Below, piece after piece: positions 24,801 through 37,345 of a stretch of 64,000 bases of DNA. The notes beneath the pieces were generated by a model. That model did not search any database, was not told the origin of the DNA, and saw only the letters and a program-made list of their open reading frames with translations. Each line of letters starts with the position of its first letter. Position 1 is the stretch's first letter. The translations under genes were made by a program, and so were the position numbers. The DNA lies in assembly GCA_047495785.1 (NCBI GenBank), contig JBLDXI010000073.1, forward strand, positions 124,001 to 188,000, in the 5' to 3' direction. The DNA comes from Lepidodermella squamata (Eukaryota > Animalia > Gastrotricha).

Positions 24801-27800
24801 CTCATTCACGTACCTTGTTGACCTGTGGCTCCTTCAGCGCCTGCATGGTTTTACAAAACAAGAGAAATTCCAGTCAAGAGGCTTCATCATAGCTTCAATG
24901 CTCACCTGTCGATCCAGTAGGGCCTTGCGCACCCATGGGACCTTCGGAACCTGAAAGTGAGAGCAGAAAATTAGCATCCAGAATAATCGAATCTCGAAGC
25001 CCGAGATTCCCGAACTCACCAAGCACGCCTTGGGGACCTTGAGCGCCAACGACACCTTGCGGGCCTGAAAATCACGAATAAATTCATGCAAGCTTCAAAC
25101 CTCAACTGCGAAGCTCAGAACTGTACCTTGAGAACCTAGCGGACCCTGTTCTCCAGTGGCACCAGTAACACCGGTCGCACCTGTAGCGGGGCGAAATCGG
25201 AACAAACGCCAGTTGAGAAGCTTGCTCTCGCTTCGAACCGAGCTCATTCACGTACCTTGTTGACCTGTGGCTCCTTCAGCGCCTGCATGGTTTTACAAAA
25301 CAAGAGAAATTCCAGTCAAGAGGCTTCATCATAGCTTCAATGCTCACCTGTCGATCCAGTAGGGCCTTGCGCACCCATGGGACCTTCGGAACCTGAAAGT
25401 GAGAGCAGAAAATTAGCATCCAGAATAATCGAATCTCGAAGCCCGAGATTCCCGAACTCACCAAGCACGCCTTGGGGACCTTGAGCGCCAACGACACCTT
25501 GCGGGCCTGAAAATCACGAATAAATTCATGCAAGCTTCAAACCTCAACTGCGAAGCTCAGAACTGTACCTTGAGAACCTAGCGGACCCTGTTCTCCAGTG
25601 GCACCAGTAACACCGGTCGCACCTGTAGCGGGGCGAAATCGGAACAAACGCCAGTTGAGAAGCTTGCTCTCGCTTCGAACCGAGCTCATTCACGTACCTT
25701 GTTGACCTGTGGCTCCTTCAGCGCCTGCATGGTTTTACAAAACAAGAGAAATTCCAGTCAAGAGGCTTCATCATAGCTTCAATGCTCACCTGTCGATCCA
25801 GTAGGGCCTTGCGCACCCATGGGACCTTCGGAACCTGAAAGTGAGAGCAGAAAATTAGCATCCAGAATAATCGAATCTCGAAGCCCGAGATTCCCGAACT
25901 CACCAAGCACGCCTTGGGGACCTTGAGCGCCAACGACACCTTGCGGGCCTGAAAATCACGAATAAATTCATGCAAGCTTCAAACCTCAACTGCGAAGCTC
26001 AGAACTGTACCTTGAGAACCTAGCGGACCCTGTTCTCCAGTGGCACCAGTAACACCGGTCGCACCTGTAGCGGGGCGAAATCGGAACAAACGCCAGTTGA
26101 GAAGCTTGCTCTCGCTTCGAACCGAGCTCATTCACGTACCTTGTTGACCTGTGGCTCCTTCAGCGCCTGCATGGTTTTACAAAACAAGAGAAATTCCAGT
26201 CAAGAGGCTTCATCATAGCTTCAATGCTCACCTGTCGATCCAGTAGGGCCTTGCGCACCCATGGGACCTTCGGAACCTGAAAGTGAGAGCAGAAAATTAG
26301 CATCCAGAATAATCGAATCTCGAAGCCCGAGATTCCCGAACTCACCAAGCACGCCTTGGGGACCTTGAGCGCCAACGACACCTTGCGGGCCTGAAAATCA
26401 CGAATAAATTCATGCAAGCTTCAAACCTCAACTGCGAAGCTCAGAACTGTACCTTGAGAACCTAGCGGACCCTGTTCTCCAGTGGCACCAGTAACACCGG
26501 TCGCACCTGTAGCGGGGCGAAATCGGAACAAACGCCAGTTGAGAAGCTTGCTCTCGCTTCGAACCGAGCTCATTCACGTACCTTGTTGACCTGTGGCTCC
26601 TTCAGCGCCTGCATGGTTTTACAAAACAAGAGAAATTCCAGTCAAGAGGCTTCATCATAGCTTCAATGCTCACCTGTCGATCCAGTAGGGCCTTGCGCAC
26701 CCATGGGACCTTCGGAACCTGAAAGTGAGAGCAGAAAATTAGCATCCAGAATAATCGAATCTCGAAGCCCGAGATTCCCGAACTCACCAAGCACGCCTTG
26801 GGGACCTTGAGCGCCAACGACACCTTGCGGGCCTGAAAATCACGAATAAATTCATGCAAGCTTCAAACCTCAACTGCGAAGCTCAGAACTGTACCTTGAG
26901 AACCTAGCGGACCCTGTTCTCCAGTGGCACCAGTAACACCGGTCGCACCTGTAGCGGGGCGAAATCGGAACAAACGCCAGTTGAGAAGCTTGCTCTCGCT
27001 TCGAACCGAGCTCATTCACGTACCTTGTTGACCTGTGGCTCCTTCAGCGCCTGCATGGTTTTACAAAACAAGAGAAATTCCAGTCAAGAGGCTTCATCAT
27101 AGCTTCAATGCTCACCTGTCGATCCAGTAGGGCCTTGCGCACCCATGGGACCTTCGGAACCTGAAAGTGAGAGCAGAAAATTAGCATCCAGAATAATCGA
27201 ATCTCGAAGCCCGAGATTCCCGAACTCACCAAGCACGCCTTGGGGACCTTGAGCGCCAACGACACCTTGCGGGCCTGAAAATCACGAATAAATTCATGCA
27301 AGCTTCAAACCTCAACTGCGAAGCTCAGAACTGTACCTTGAGAACCTAGCGGACCCTGTTCTCCAGTGGCACCAGTAACACCGGTCGCACCTGTAGCGGG
27401 GCGAAATCGGAACAAACGCCAGTTGAGAAGCTTGCTCTCGCTTCGAACCGAGCTCATTCACGTACCTTGTTGACCTGTGGCTCCTTCAGCGCCTGCATGG
27501 TTTTACAAAACAAGAGAAATTCCAGTCAAGAGGCTTCATCATAGCTTCAATGCTCACCTGTCGATCCAGTAGGGCCTTGCGCACCCATGGGACCTTCGGA
27601 ACCTGAAAGTGAGAGCAGAAAATTAGCATCCAGAATAATCGAATCTCGAAGCCCGTGATTCCCGAACTCACCAAGCACGCCTTGGGGACCTTGAGCGCCA
27701 ACGACACCTTGCGGGCCTGAAAATCACGAATAAATTCATGCAAGCTTCAAACCTCAACTGCGAAGCTCAGAACTGTACCTTGAGAACCTAGCGGACCCTG

Positions 27801-30800
27801 TTCTCCAGTGGCACCAGGAACACCGGTCGCACCTGTAGCGGGGCGAAATCGGAACAAACGCCAGTTGAGAAGCTTGCTCTCGCTTCGAACCGAGCTCATT
27901 CACGTACCTTGTTGACCTGTGGCTCCTTCAGCGCCTGCATGGTTTTACAAAACAAGAGAAATTCCAGTCAAGAGGCTTCATCATAGCTTCAATGCTCACC
28001 TGTCGATCCAGTAGGGCCTTGCGCACCCATGGGACCTTCGGAACCTGAAAGTGAGAGCAGAAATATAGCATCCAGAATAATCGAATCTCGAAGCCCGAGA
28101 TTCCCGAACTCACCAAGCACGCCTTGGGGACCTTGAGCGCCAACGACACCTTGCGGGCCTGAAAATCACGAATAAATTCATGCAAGCTTCAAACCTCAAC
28201 TGCGAAGCTCAGAACTGTACCTTGAGAACCTAGCGGACCCTGTTCTCCAGTGGCACCAGTAACACCGGTCGCACCTGTAGCGGGGCGAAATCGGAACAAA
28301 CGCCAGTTGAGAAGCTTGCTCTCGCTTCGAACCGAGCTCATTCACGTACCTTGTTGACCTGTGGCTCCTTCAGCGCCTGCATGGTTTTACAAAACAAGAG
28401 AAATTCCAGTCAAGAGGCTTCATCATAGCTTCAATGCTCACCTGTCGATCCAGTAGGGCCTTGCGCACCCATGGGACCTTCGGAACCTGAAAGTGAGAGC
28501 AGAAAATTAGCATCCAGAATAATCGAATCTCGAAGCCCGAGATTCCCGAACTCACCAAGCACGCCTTGGGGACCTTGAGCGCCAACGACACCTTGCGGGC
28601 CTGAAAATCACGAATAAATTCATGCAAGCTTCAAACCTCAACTGCGAAGCTCAGAACTGTACCTTGAGAACCTAGCGGACCCTGTTCTCCAGTGGCACCA
28701 GTAACACCGGTCGCACCTGTAGCGGGGCGAAATCGGAACAAACGCCAGTTGAGAAGCTTGCTCTCGCTTCGAACCGAGCTCATTCACGTACCTTGTTGAC
28801 CTGTGGCTCCTTCAGCGCCTGCATGGTTTTACAAAACAAGAGAAATTCCAGTCAAGAGGCTTCATCATAGCTTCAATGCTCACCTGTCGATCCAGTAGGG
28901 CCTTGCGCACCCATGGGACCTTCGGAACCTGAAAGTGAGAGCAGAAAATTAGCATCCAGAATAATCGAATCTCGAAGCCCGAGATTCCCGAACTCACCAA
29001 GCACGCCTTGGGGACCTTGAGCGCCAACGACACCTTGCGGGCCTGAAAATCACGAATAAATTCATGCAAGCTTCAAACCTCAACTGCGAAGCTCAGAACT
29101 GTACCTTGAGAACCTAGCGGACCCTGTTCTCCAGTGGCACCAGTAACACCGGTCGCACCTGTAGCGGGGCGAAATCGGAACAAACGCCAGTTGAGAAGCT
29201 TGCTCTCGCTTCGAACCGAGCTCATTCACGTACCTTGTTGACCTGTGGCTCCTTCAGCGCCTGCATGGTTTTACAAAACAAGAGAAATTCCAGTCAAGAG
29301 GCTTCATCATAGCTTCAATGCTCACCTGTCGATCCAGTAGGGCCTTGCGCACCCATGGGACCTTCGGAACCTGAAAGTGAGAGCAGAAATTTAGCATCCA
29401 GAATAATCGAATCTCGAAGCCCGAGATTCCCGAACTCACCAAGCACGCCTTGGGGACCTTGAGCGCCAACGACACCTTGCGGGCCTGAAAATCACGAATA
29501 AATTCATGCAAGCTTCAAACCTCAACTGCGAAGCTCAGAACTGTACCTTGAGAACCTAGCGGACCCTGTTCTCCAGTGGCACCAGTAACACCGGTCGCAC
29601 CTGTAGCGGGGCGAAATCGGAACAAACGCCAGTTGAGAAGCTTGCTCTCGCTTCGAACCGAGCTCATTCACGTACCTTGTTGACCTGTGGCTCCTTCAGC
29701 GCCTGCATGGTTTTACAAAACAAGAGAAATTCCAGTCAAGAGGCTTCATCATAGCTTCAATGCTCACCTGTCGATCCAGTAGGGCCTTGCGCACCCATGG
29801 GACCTTCGGAACCTGAAAGTGAGAGCAGAAAATTAGCATCCAGAATAATCGAATCTCGAAGCCCGAGATTCCCGAACTCACCAAGCACGCCTTGGGGACC
29901 TTGAGCGCCAACGACACCTTGCGGGCCTGAAAATCACGAATAAATTCATGCAAGCTTCAAACCTCAACTGCGAAGCTCAGAACTGTACCTTGAGAACCTA
30001 GCGGACCCTGTTCTCCAGTGGCACCAGTAACACCGGTCGCACCTGTAGCGGGGCGAAATCGGAACAAACGCCAGTTGAGAAGCTTGCTCTCGCTTCGAAC
30101 CGAGCTCATTCACGTACCTTGTTGACCTGTGGCTCCTTCAGCGCCTGCATGGTTTTACAAAACAAGAGAAATTCCAGTCAAGAGGCTTCATCATAGCTTC
30201 AATGCTCACCTGTCGATCCAGTAGGGCCTTGCGCACCCATGGGACCTTCGGAACCTGAAAGTGAGAGCAGAAAATTAGCATCCAGAATAATCGAATCTCG
30301 AAGCCCGAGATTCCCGAACTCACCAAGCACGCCTTGGGGACCTTGAGCGCCAACGACACCTTGCGGGCCTGAAAATCACGAATAAATTCATGCAAGCTTC
30401 AAACCTCAACTGCGAAGCTCAGAACTGTACCTTGAGAACCTAGCGGACCCTGTTCTCCAGTGGCACCAGTAACACCGGTCGCACCTGTAGCGGGGCGAAA
30501 TCGGAACAAACGCCAGTTGAGAAGCTTGCTCTCGCTTCGAACCGAGCTCATTCACGTACCTTGTTGACCTGTGGCTCCTTCAGCGCCTGCATGGTTTTAC
30601 AAAACAAGAGAAATTCCAGTCAAGAGGCTTCATCATAGCTTCAATGCTCACCTGTCGATCCAGTAGGGCCTTGCGCACCCATGGGACCTTCGGAACCTGA
30701 AAGTGAGAGCAGAAATTTAGCATCCAGAATAATCGAATCTCGAAGCCCGAGATTCCCGAACTCACCAAGCACGCCTTGGGGACCTTGAGCGCCAACGACA

Positions 30801-33779
30801 CCTTGCGGGCCTGAAAATCACGAATAAATTCATGCAAGCTTCAAACCTCAACTGCGAAGCTCAGAACTGTACCTTGAGAACCTAGCGGACCCTGTTCTCC
30901 AGTTGCACCAGTAACACCGGTCGGACCCGTCGGACCTGTCAGACCCTGAGGTCCAATTGAACCTAGTGATCCTGATAATACGAAAAACATATAATATTTG
31001 ATATCCTTGAAAAGGAAGCTAACCTTGTAGTCCTGGCAATCCCTGCAACCCTTGATTCCCTTGAATGCCTATGTTTTTGTGTAAAACGTTGCAATCCATA
31101 ATGTGATTTTTCATCAGTCTCACCAGTTGACCCTTGCACCCCAACATCGCCTAAAAATATCCAAGCTTCATGAATTTATTCTTTTTGATAAATAAAATAA
31201 TGTAACCTTTAGTTCCCTTGTCACCGGTAGGGCCAGTAGCGCCTGTTCAATAAAAGTTGTAATCCAGACATTCTTCCTTCGTAATTCGCTTACCATTCGA
31301 ACCCTTAGTACCTGCTGTACCAGTCGGGCCTGTCGGTCCAGTATTACCCAATGTTCCTGAAAAGTAAACAAGGGATTTAGGATTAAATCGATTTGAGCTC
31401 AATCTCCACCTTTCGAGCCTTGAATTCCTGTTGAACCAGTTGGCCCTGTCGGTCCAGTTGCCCCTAGCCTCCCTACATTTGCAATGCTTCAACTAAATAT
31501 TGAGATACAATATAAAGCCTTGCCTTGAGCTCCTTGAGGACCTTAAATAAAGAAACATGACTATGAATACAAAGAATATTTTTCACTTCCAGCAACTTAC
31601 CACTCGCGCCTAGAAAATTCAGAAATCAACGAAGATTTTGTCGAGTCCTGAAAACGCTTACCTTGAACTCCAGGTAGACCTTGTTCGCCAATAGGTCCAG
31701 TTGGCCCTGTTGGTCCTAAAGGTCCAGTAGGTCCTGTTGGGCCAGTCGGTCCGGTCGGTCCAGTTGGCGCGTCTGGCACAGGAGGAGCAGCAGCTGCTGG
31801 GTCTAATGCAATAAGACGATTAAAATGCAATATAAAAAAATGAAAAAAATGAAATTTAGCAATTCGAAAATTTTAAATTAGCTATAAATTTCATAAAAAT
31901 TATATTGAATATGAAAAATTGATAAAATTAGTTCACTTTTGGGAATTAGGAATTTGTTATATTAATATTAAAACTAAATTAATTTATTTGAAAAATTGAG
32001 ATTTTAAAACGAAATTTCAAGTTTCAATTTCAATTCTAAATTGAAAACTAAAAAATTGAAAATATATATTAAAATTAAAATTAATAATAAAATCGAAAAA
32101 TTCAGATTTTAAAACGAAATTTTTATTTTTCAATTTTGAAATTAAAAAATTAGGTTTTATTTGACCTACTAAAAAAAATGAAAAAATCTTACCAACAACC
32201 GGCCCAGCATCGCTAGGCGGATTCGTCGCTGTAGGATCAACCGCGTTAGGATCATCTATCGATAGGTCATTAGCACAATCACATTGACAACACTCTGAAT
32301 CATCCTCAATCTTGCCTGTAATATCACGCTTGCTACGACCGCCCCGGCCGCTCTGCAGATGTGCATTCACCAAATCCGTCCGAGCACAGTAGTGAATCGA
32401 CTGCTGACAGCACGTCACGCTTGTTTGCTTACAATCACCCGGGCACGCCGTGTTACCATCCAACAGAACAATCGAAGTGTAACCAGGCGAGCAGCTCGTA
32501 GCGCCAGTTATCGGGTTCGGAACGTTCAAATTCGAATCGGTACTCGACGAGAAGAACCCGGAAATTTCGCCATTTGCCACCGACGCGTTCCAGCACGCGA
32601 TTAAGCGGCAGGTTGACTTCAAATCGGCGGGGCTTTTCGGTTCGGAATTGCCGAGAATTCGAAACTCAACACCGTGGAAGCTACGGCAAAAGTGCGGCAT
32701 GGCCAGCGATGCGTCACAGGTCGTGAAAATTCCGCCGAAATTCGACGTTGGCTTCACGGCATTTGACACACATTGAGCGATGTAATGGCCGCATGTTGGC
32801 GTGTTGGGTTTCATCGGTTGTAGTAGGTAGTGGTCGTTTTGCGACGTGACGGCGCTTGGTTCGAAGCCGGTTGGGCACGATTTTTCGCCCGTGTGGCCGT
32901 TGATTTGACCGGGCGATTGGCACGGGCCGATTGTGTCCGTGAAAAAACCGCCGAATGCCATGAGCCGAGCGCGCGTGTTATCAGTCGCGAGGCCAAATTC
33001 GAACACCGCTGGAAAAATATTAGAAAATTATAAAAAAATAGTAAAAATAGCTTGAGAATTGAAAATTAAATTACAGGAATTAAATTAACGAATGAAAATT
33101 TATTGAAAATTTTTCCATATTTGGAATATTTTTCCACTGATTCAATAATTTTTTAATATTTCAATAAATTTCAAAAATTTCTCGAAAAATTGTTTATAAA
33201 AATCCGAACACATTTTTCGAATAATGTCTGTCAAACGAAAAAATTTTGTAAAATTGAAAATACTTCTGAATTTTTTCTTTTCAATTTTTCCTCAATTTAA
33301 TATTCATTTGACTCAATTCCTTTATTCAGAATTTTTTAATTTTTTCAATTTATTATTCCCTTTTTGGAAATTGAAAGGAAAGAAATTCTAGAAAGCTTGA
33401 TATTCGAATGACTAGTTCTAGGAATTTTTGAAATTTTGATTAAAAAATGTCCTCCAAGAAATCAATGTTTGTAACCCTGGATGATTCAGGTAAAATTTGC
33501 TAGAGAAAAATTCACGGCAAATCGCAAAAGCTTGAATCAATTGAAGCTATGAATCGCTTTCAAAGATTTTAAAAATTTAAATTAAATTATTTTCGGTTAT
33601 CATTTATTTTCGAAAAAATACCATGTGAAAAAGGAAATGTTTTTGAATTTTTTAGTTATCGAAAAAATATGCGGAAAAATCATTAAAATTCCTTATAGAG
33701 AGGTTTGATAGCAAAACTGACCACATAGAAGAACGGCGACTGAGAGCAAGCCGGTAGGCAGCAAACTTCCCCCAGCCAT
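12888..33779 (-). CDS. Giant collagen-like gene 2 (about 169 coding exons, about 2878 aa): signal peptide, MPEG1/Perforin-2 P2-like domain, RSKR, CCQCDC, about 2400-aa uninterrupted Gly-X-Y, short helical tail
   Basis: Exons 33722-33779 ([19 protein letters not shown]), 32193-33008, 31662-31802, 31601-31609, 31524-31541, 31410-31472, 31294-31356, 31207-31242, 31124-31150, 31024-31068, 30873-30971, 38 x (45+45+27+54), 13925-14014, 13833-13859, 13718-13771, 13611-13655, 13431-13484, 12888-13381. All introns are phase 1 and the summed CDS of 8637 nt is in frame. Confidence 0.9.
13063..13156 (-). repeat. 24-bp coding repeat (GPTGVGLP) x about 4 in the last collagen exon
   Basis: Direct repeats of ccaggaaggccaacgccagttgga give periodic G-X-G interruptions. 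Confidence 0.85.
14015..30920 (-). repeat. Tandem array of 38 near-identical 442-bp units, each 4 exons (45+45+27+54 bp) and 4 introns (69+65+75+62 bp)
   Basis: ORF track recurs every 442 bp from 14226 to 30580. Example exons 14412-14456, 14298-14342, 14206-14232 and 14077-14130 encode [57 protein letters not shown]. Confidence 0.97.
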
Positions 33780-34496
33780 TATTGTACGAAACCAAATAAG
33801 GACCTGATAAAAAGCCGGTATAAATTAACCTAAAGAATCCGCGACAGGGTAAACTATCAACTATAGTAAGGAAGTATCGAAATTCAGACAATAATCAAAG
33901 CGTTAAATTGAGAGTTCTAACCGACTGTTGCTGATTGTGCCCTTAAACAAACAGTCTTATAAGATGAACCGGAACCACATCATTAACTGCTACGAGTCCG
34001 CGCTGTTCAGTACACGATTCCATCATCTCGGCATTAATTATCGCGATCACGAGACCAAGCTCATCAATAAACGCATCGTATCAGTATTTTTCGATTCATT
34101 AAATAATAAATAATTGAATTTTCGAGAATTTATAAAAATAAATACCCGATTGATAAAACTCTCAATTTTTTGACCTAGTCTTCGATAATTATTCAAGATG
34201 CAAATTATTCGTCCTTTGATTTTTTTTCAAGTTTTTTTGAATTTTTAATTAGTTTTGAAATTTTTGAAAAATTTGGAATTCAAAATTTCATTTTTTCAAT
34301 TTTTTCGAATTTTTCATTTGTTTGAGATTATAACCATCTCCTTTTGTACAAAAAATCTCGCTCATGTTATATCATGCTGATGGCTTTGACTGGTTCTGAG
34401 TTGAAATCATTGGAGCGTGACTATTTTGAATAATTTAGCTCCCACCCATAGTTTCAAAACTTAGTTCCCATGCAGTACAAACTTGTTTTTCTGAAA

Positions 34497-36144
34497 ATGC
34501 TTCCGCCTCAATTTTTCGTGATTTTCGTCATTTTTTTGAAATCAATTAATAGCGAAGAAATTGTCGAACATAATTGTACACATGCCGTGGTTGAACCTGA
34601 ACCAAGTCCGCCTTTCAGCCTCGAATTACTCCAAGCAGCTTTTGCCGGGAATTCGGCTGAAATCACGCGAATTGTGAAAGAGCATGGCAGGGTTGTTGTT
34701 AATTCGCCAAATCAAGACGACGAGGGCGTGACTGCGTTGATGATCGCGGCTGAGAATGGGCAAGTCGAGGCGGCAAGGTTGCTGCTGAGCTACGGCGCCA
34801 GGGTGAATGCGAGAGATCGAAATGGATATTCGGCTCTGATGCGAGCGACTCGGGTTCTGGACCAAAAATCGACCATTGTTCGGCTGCTTCTCAATAAAGG
34901 TACAAGAAATATCAATTCTGTCCCGAATTCACGTTTTACCACCATCGATTGGTCTTTTCTGAAATTTAAAAAAATATTTCAAAATTAAAATTGAAAATTA
35001 AAATTAAAATTTTTACCCACTTTTATCTCTGTTTTCGATCGATAAAGTTCAATTTTTTATTTTTCAAGCTCAAGCAATTAATTTGAAGATGGATTTTAAT
35101 TTTGATTTATTATTTTTTCAAAATATCAAAATTTTCAAAATTTATTTTTCAAAAATTGGATTAAAAAAAATATTTTTAGCGATTTCAGCTTCTTGCTCAC
35201 GATTCTTGATCGTTTCTCACCCCGCTGTGCAAAGACTTTTTATTTTAGCTCCAGATACCATTGTAGCTAGGTTGAATCATTTGATGATGGCTTCGAAAAC
35301 TGCTGAGATCGGAAAAATCACTGAATTTGAAAATCGATATCGACTCTGCTGGCTGAAGTAAAACTCGAAGGGAACTTTTCAAGTTGACATTGATTTTAGC
35401 GAAATAGCTCCAAAAATTAAGACGATCGAAAGTTTACGATTATTTTAGGACGGTTAACTTCCCAAATTCATATCGGTTTAAAATCCATCAAAACAATTTT
35501 TGAAAATTTTCAGAAAAATATAGGATATAGGATAGGATAGGAAAAATATATTCAGGGGGAAATAATCTCTTGCGCTCGGTCAGATTCAACTCATGGAATT
35601 AGAAACAGTTCAAAATTTATTATTTTAGTTTTCAAATTTGAAATTGAAACTTTTTTAAAAATTTAAAAATTTAAAAATAAATGAAGATGATTCCTGATTT
35701 TTGTATTTATTTTTTTACTTTATTTTAGGCGCAATTTCGACGTTTAAAGGCATCGATGGGTGGTCTGCGTTGACTCTAGCCGCTCGTAACGCCCGTTCGG
35801 ACCTGGTTCGCCTGCTCATCGAACAGGGCGGGTGTTACGTTGACGACCGTACGAACAACGGCTGGACGGCCCTAACGTGGGCTTCGTACCACGGCCTCAA
35901 CGATTCTGTCGAGCTGCTACTGGACAACGGCGCCCGGGTGAACGCGCGCACCCATTTGGGTGACACGCCGTTGAGTTGGGCGGCTGCCAAGTGCCACCCT
36001 GAGGTTGTGGAAACCCTGATTCGGCATGGCGCCGATGTGAATGCTAGGCACTACCTAGCGCCGGGTCGGACGGCGTTAACATGGTCGTTTTTGGTGCACT
36101 GCAAGGCTGTTAGGCTCATTTTACTTGATAACGGCGCTGAATAA
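34497..36144 (+). CDS. Ankyrin-repeat protein with an N-terminal signal-peptide-like segment (2 exons: 34497-34899, 35729-36144)
   Basis: MLPPQFFVIFVIFLKSINSEE; ankyrin motifs GVTALMIAA, GYSALMRA, GWSALTLAA, GWTALTWA, GDTPLSWAA; phase-1 GT-AG intron; AATAAA after the stop. Confidence 0.85.
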
Positions 36145-37345
36145 ATCTGTTTGTGTTGTGATGGAAGTTGAGATTATTGAGCTGCTAAATTCCCTGAGTT
36201 GAATAAAATTTGTTGAATATTTCAATTCATTTTTCAGTATCAAGTCGAACTTGAATCTAGGTGAAAGGTTCCGGGAATTCCGGGATAGCTAGTTTTTTCC
36301 TCATTTCGAACTTCGCTGATTTCCGCATTTGAATTTAAATGAAATTATTTTAATTTTAAAAACCTATCCAGAATAATTTTGCATTATTTCTTCGAAAATA
36401 TGAGCTCTTTAAATTTCGATTTTTTTCTCGGATCTTGATTTCTATTGTTCCAAATCGAAATAGTTGTTAGATTTTGCTCTGAAAATATTGACCTAGTCAG
36501 CTAAGTTTTTGAATCACCCTGCTGAACCACAAAGGCAGACCGATATTCGAAAATAAATCAGTAAATATGCCGGTTTCCATTAGAATTTCGGCAAGCCTGT
36601 AATAAGATTTGTTTAAGGAGATATTTTTTTATTTTTTATTTTACTATCGATTATCGATTCGCTTCGATTTTTCGAAAATACCGACAAGTTTGAAGCGGGA
36701 AAAAGTTTCCGGCGATTTTCTGATTTCTATTTAATTTTTCGGAATATTCAGCAATTTTTTCGGATTTCGCTCGGCATATTTTCTAGACGATCGATTTTCC
36801 AATCTTGCCATTCGAGTAACTGAAAAAAATTGAAAAATAATAGAAACTGAAAAATTCCATTCAGCATTATCTCCAGAAAACCAGGAATTAATTGTTATCT
36901 TGTTCGAATCGATCGAAAATTCTATCATCGAATTGGAGAAAACACACGTTGAATAAACAGTGATCAACAACAAAGGTCTGATTTCGAAAGATTTCGCTAT
37001 TTTCCTTTGGCTAGCCGTTTATTGAATGCTGCAAAAATATTGATGATGAAACAACTCAATCAATTATACAATTATAATACCAAGTAAAAAATCGGATGGT
37101 TAACATATAGTAAATATCATCAATTCTACTAATATAGGTCAAGAACACAATGAAAGATTCTGGTATCAATTCTCAACATTTTTCCAATCATCGGACTGAG
37201 TGATCAATGCTTTACTCTACAGTATTACACGGCAGTGTGGCTCGACATAAGAATAAATAGCCGCTACTATTTTGAAGGTCAAAAGAAGAGTAGAAAAAGC
37301 GCTAATTTGATGACCTCATTGAAAAGGCAGCAAAGTCACAATATA

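Noticed and set aside
47-30837. 49 repeated 62-aa/85-aa '[13 protein letters not shown]...' ORFs as a multicopy small-protein family
   Set aside because: They start in an intron and read the collagen exons out of frame through introns; the spliced Gly-X-Y frame explains the sequence far better.
14015-30920. Non-coding satellite DNA or CRISPR-like array
   Set aside because: There are no unique spacers, and the units contain canonical splice sites bounding 9n-bp Gly-X-Y exons continuous with unique flanking exons.
32017-32192. Hydrophobic Phe/Asn-rich C-terminus of the 329-aa ORF as a transmembrane anchor like that of MPEG1
   Set aside because: It is read-through into an AT-rich intron after a strong G|gtaag donor at 32192.
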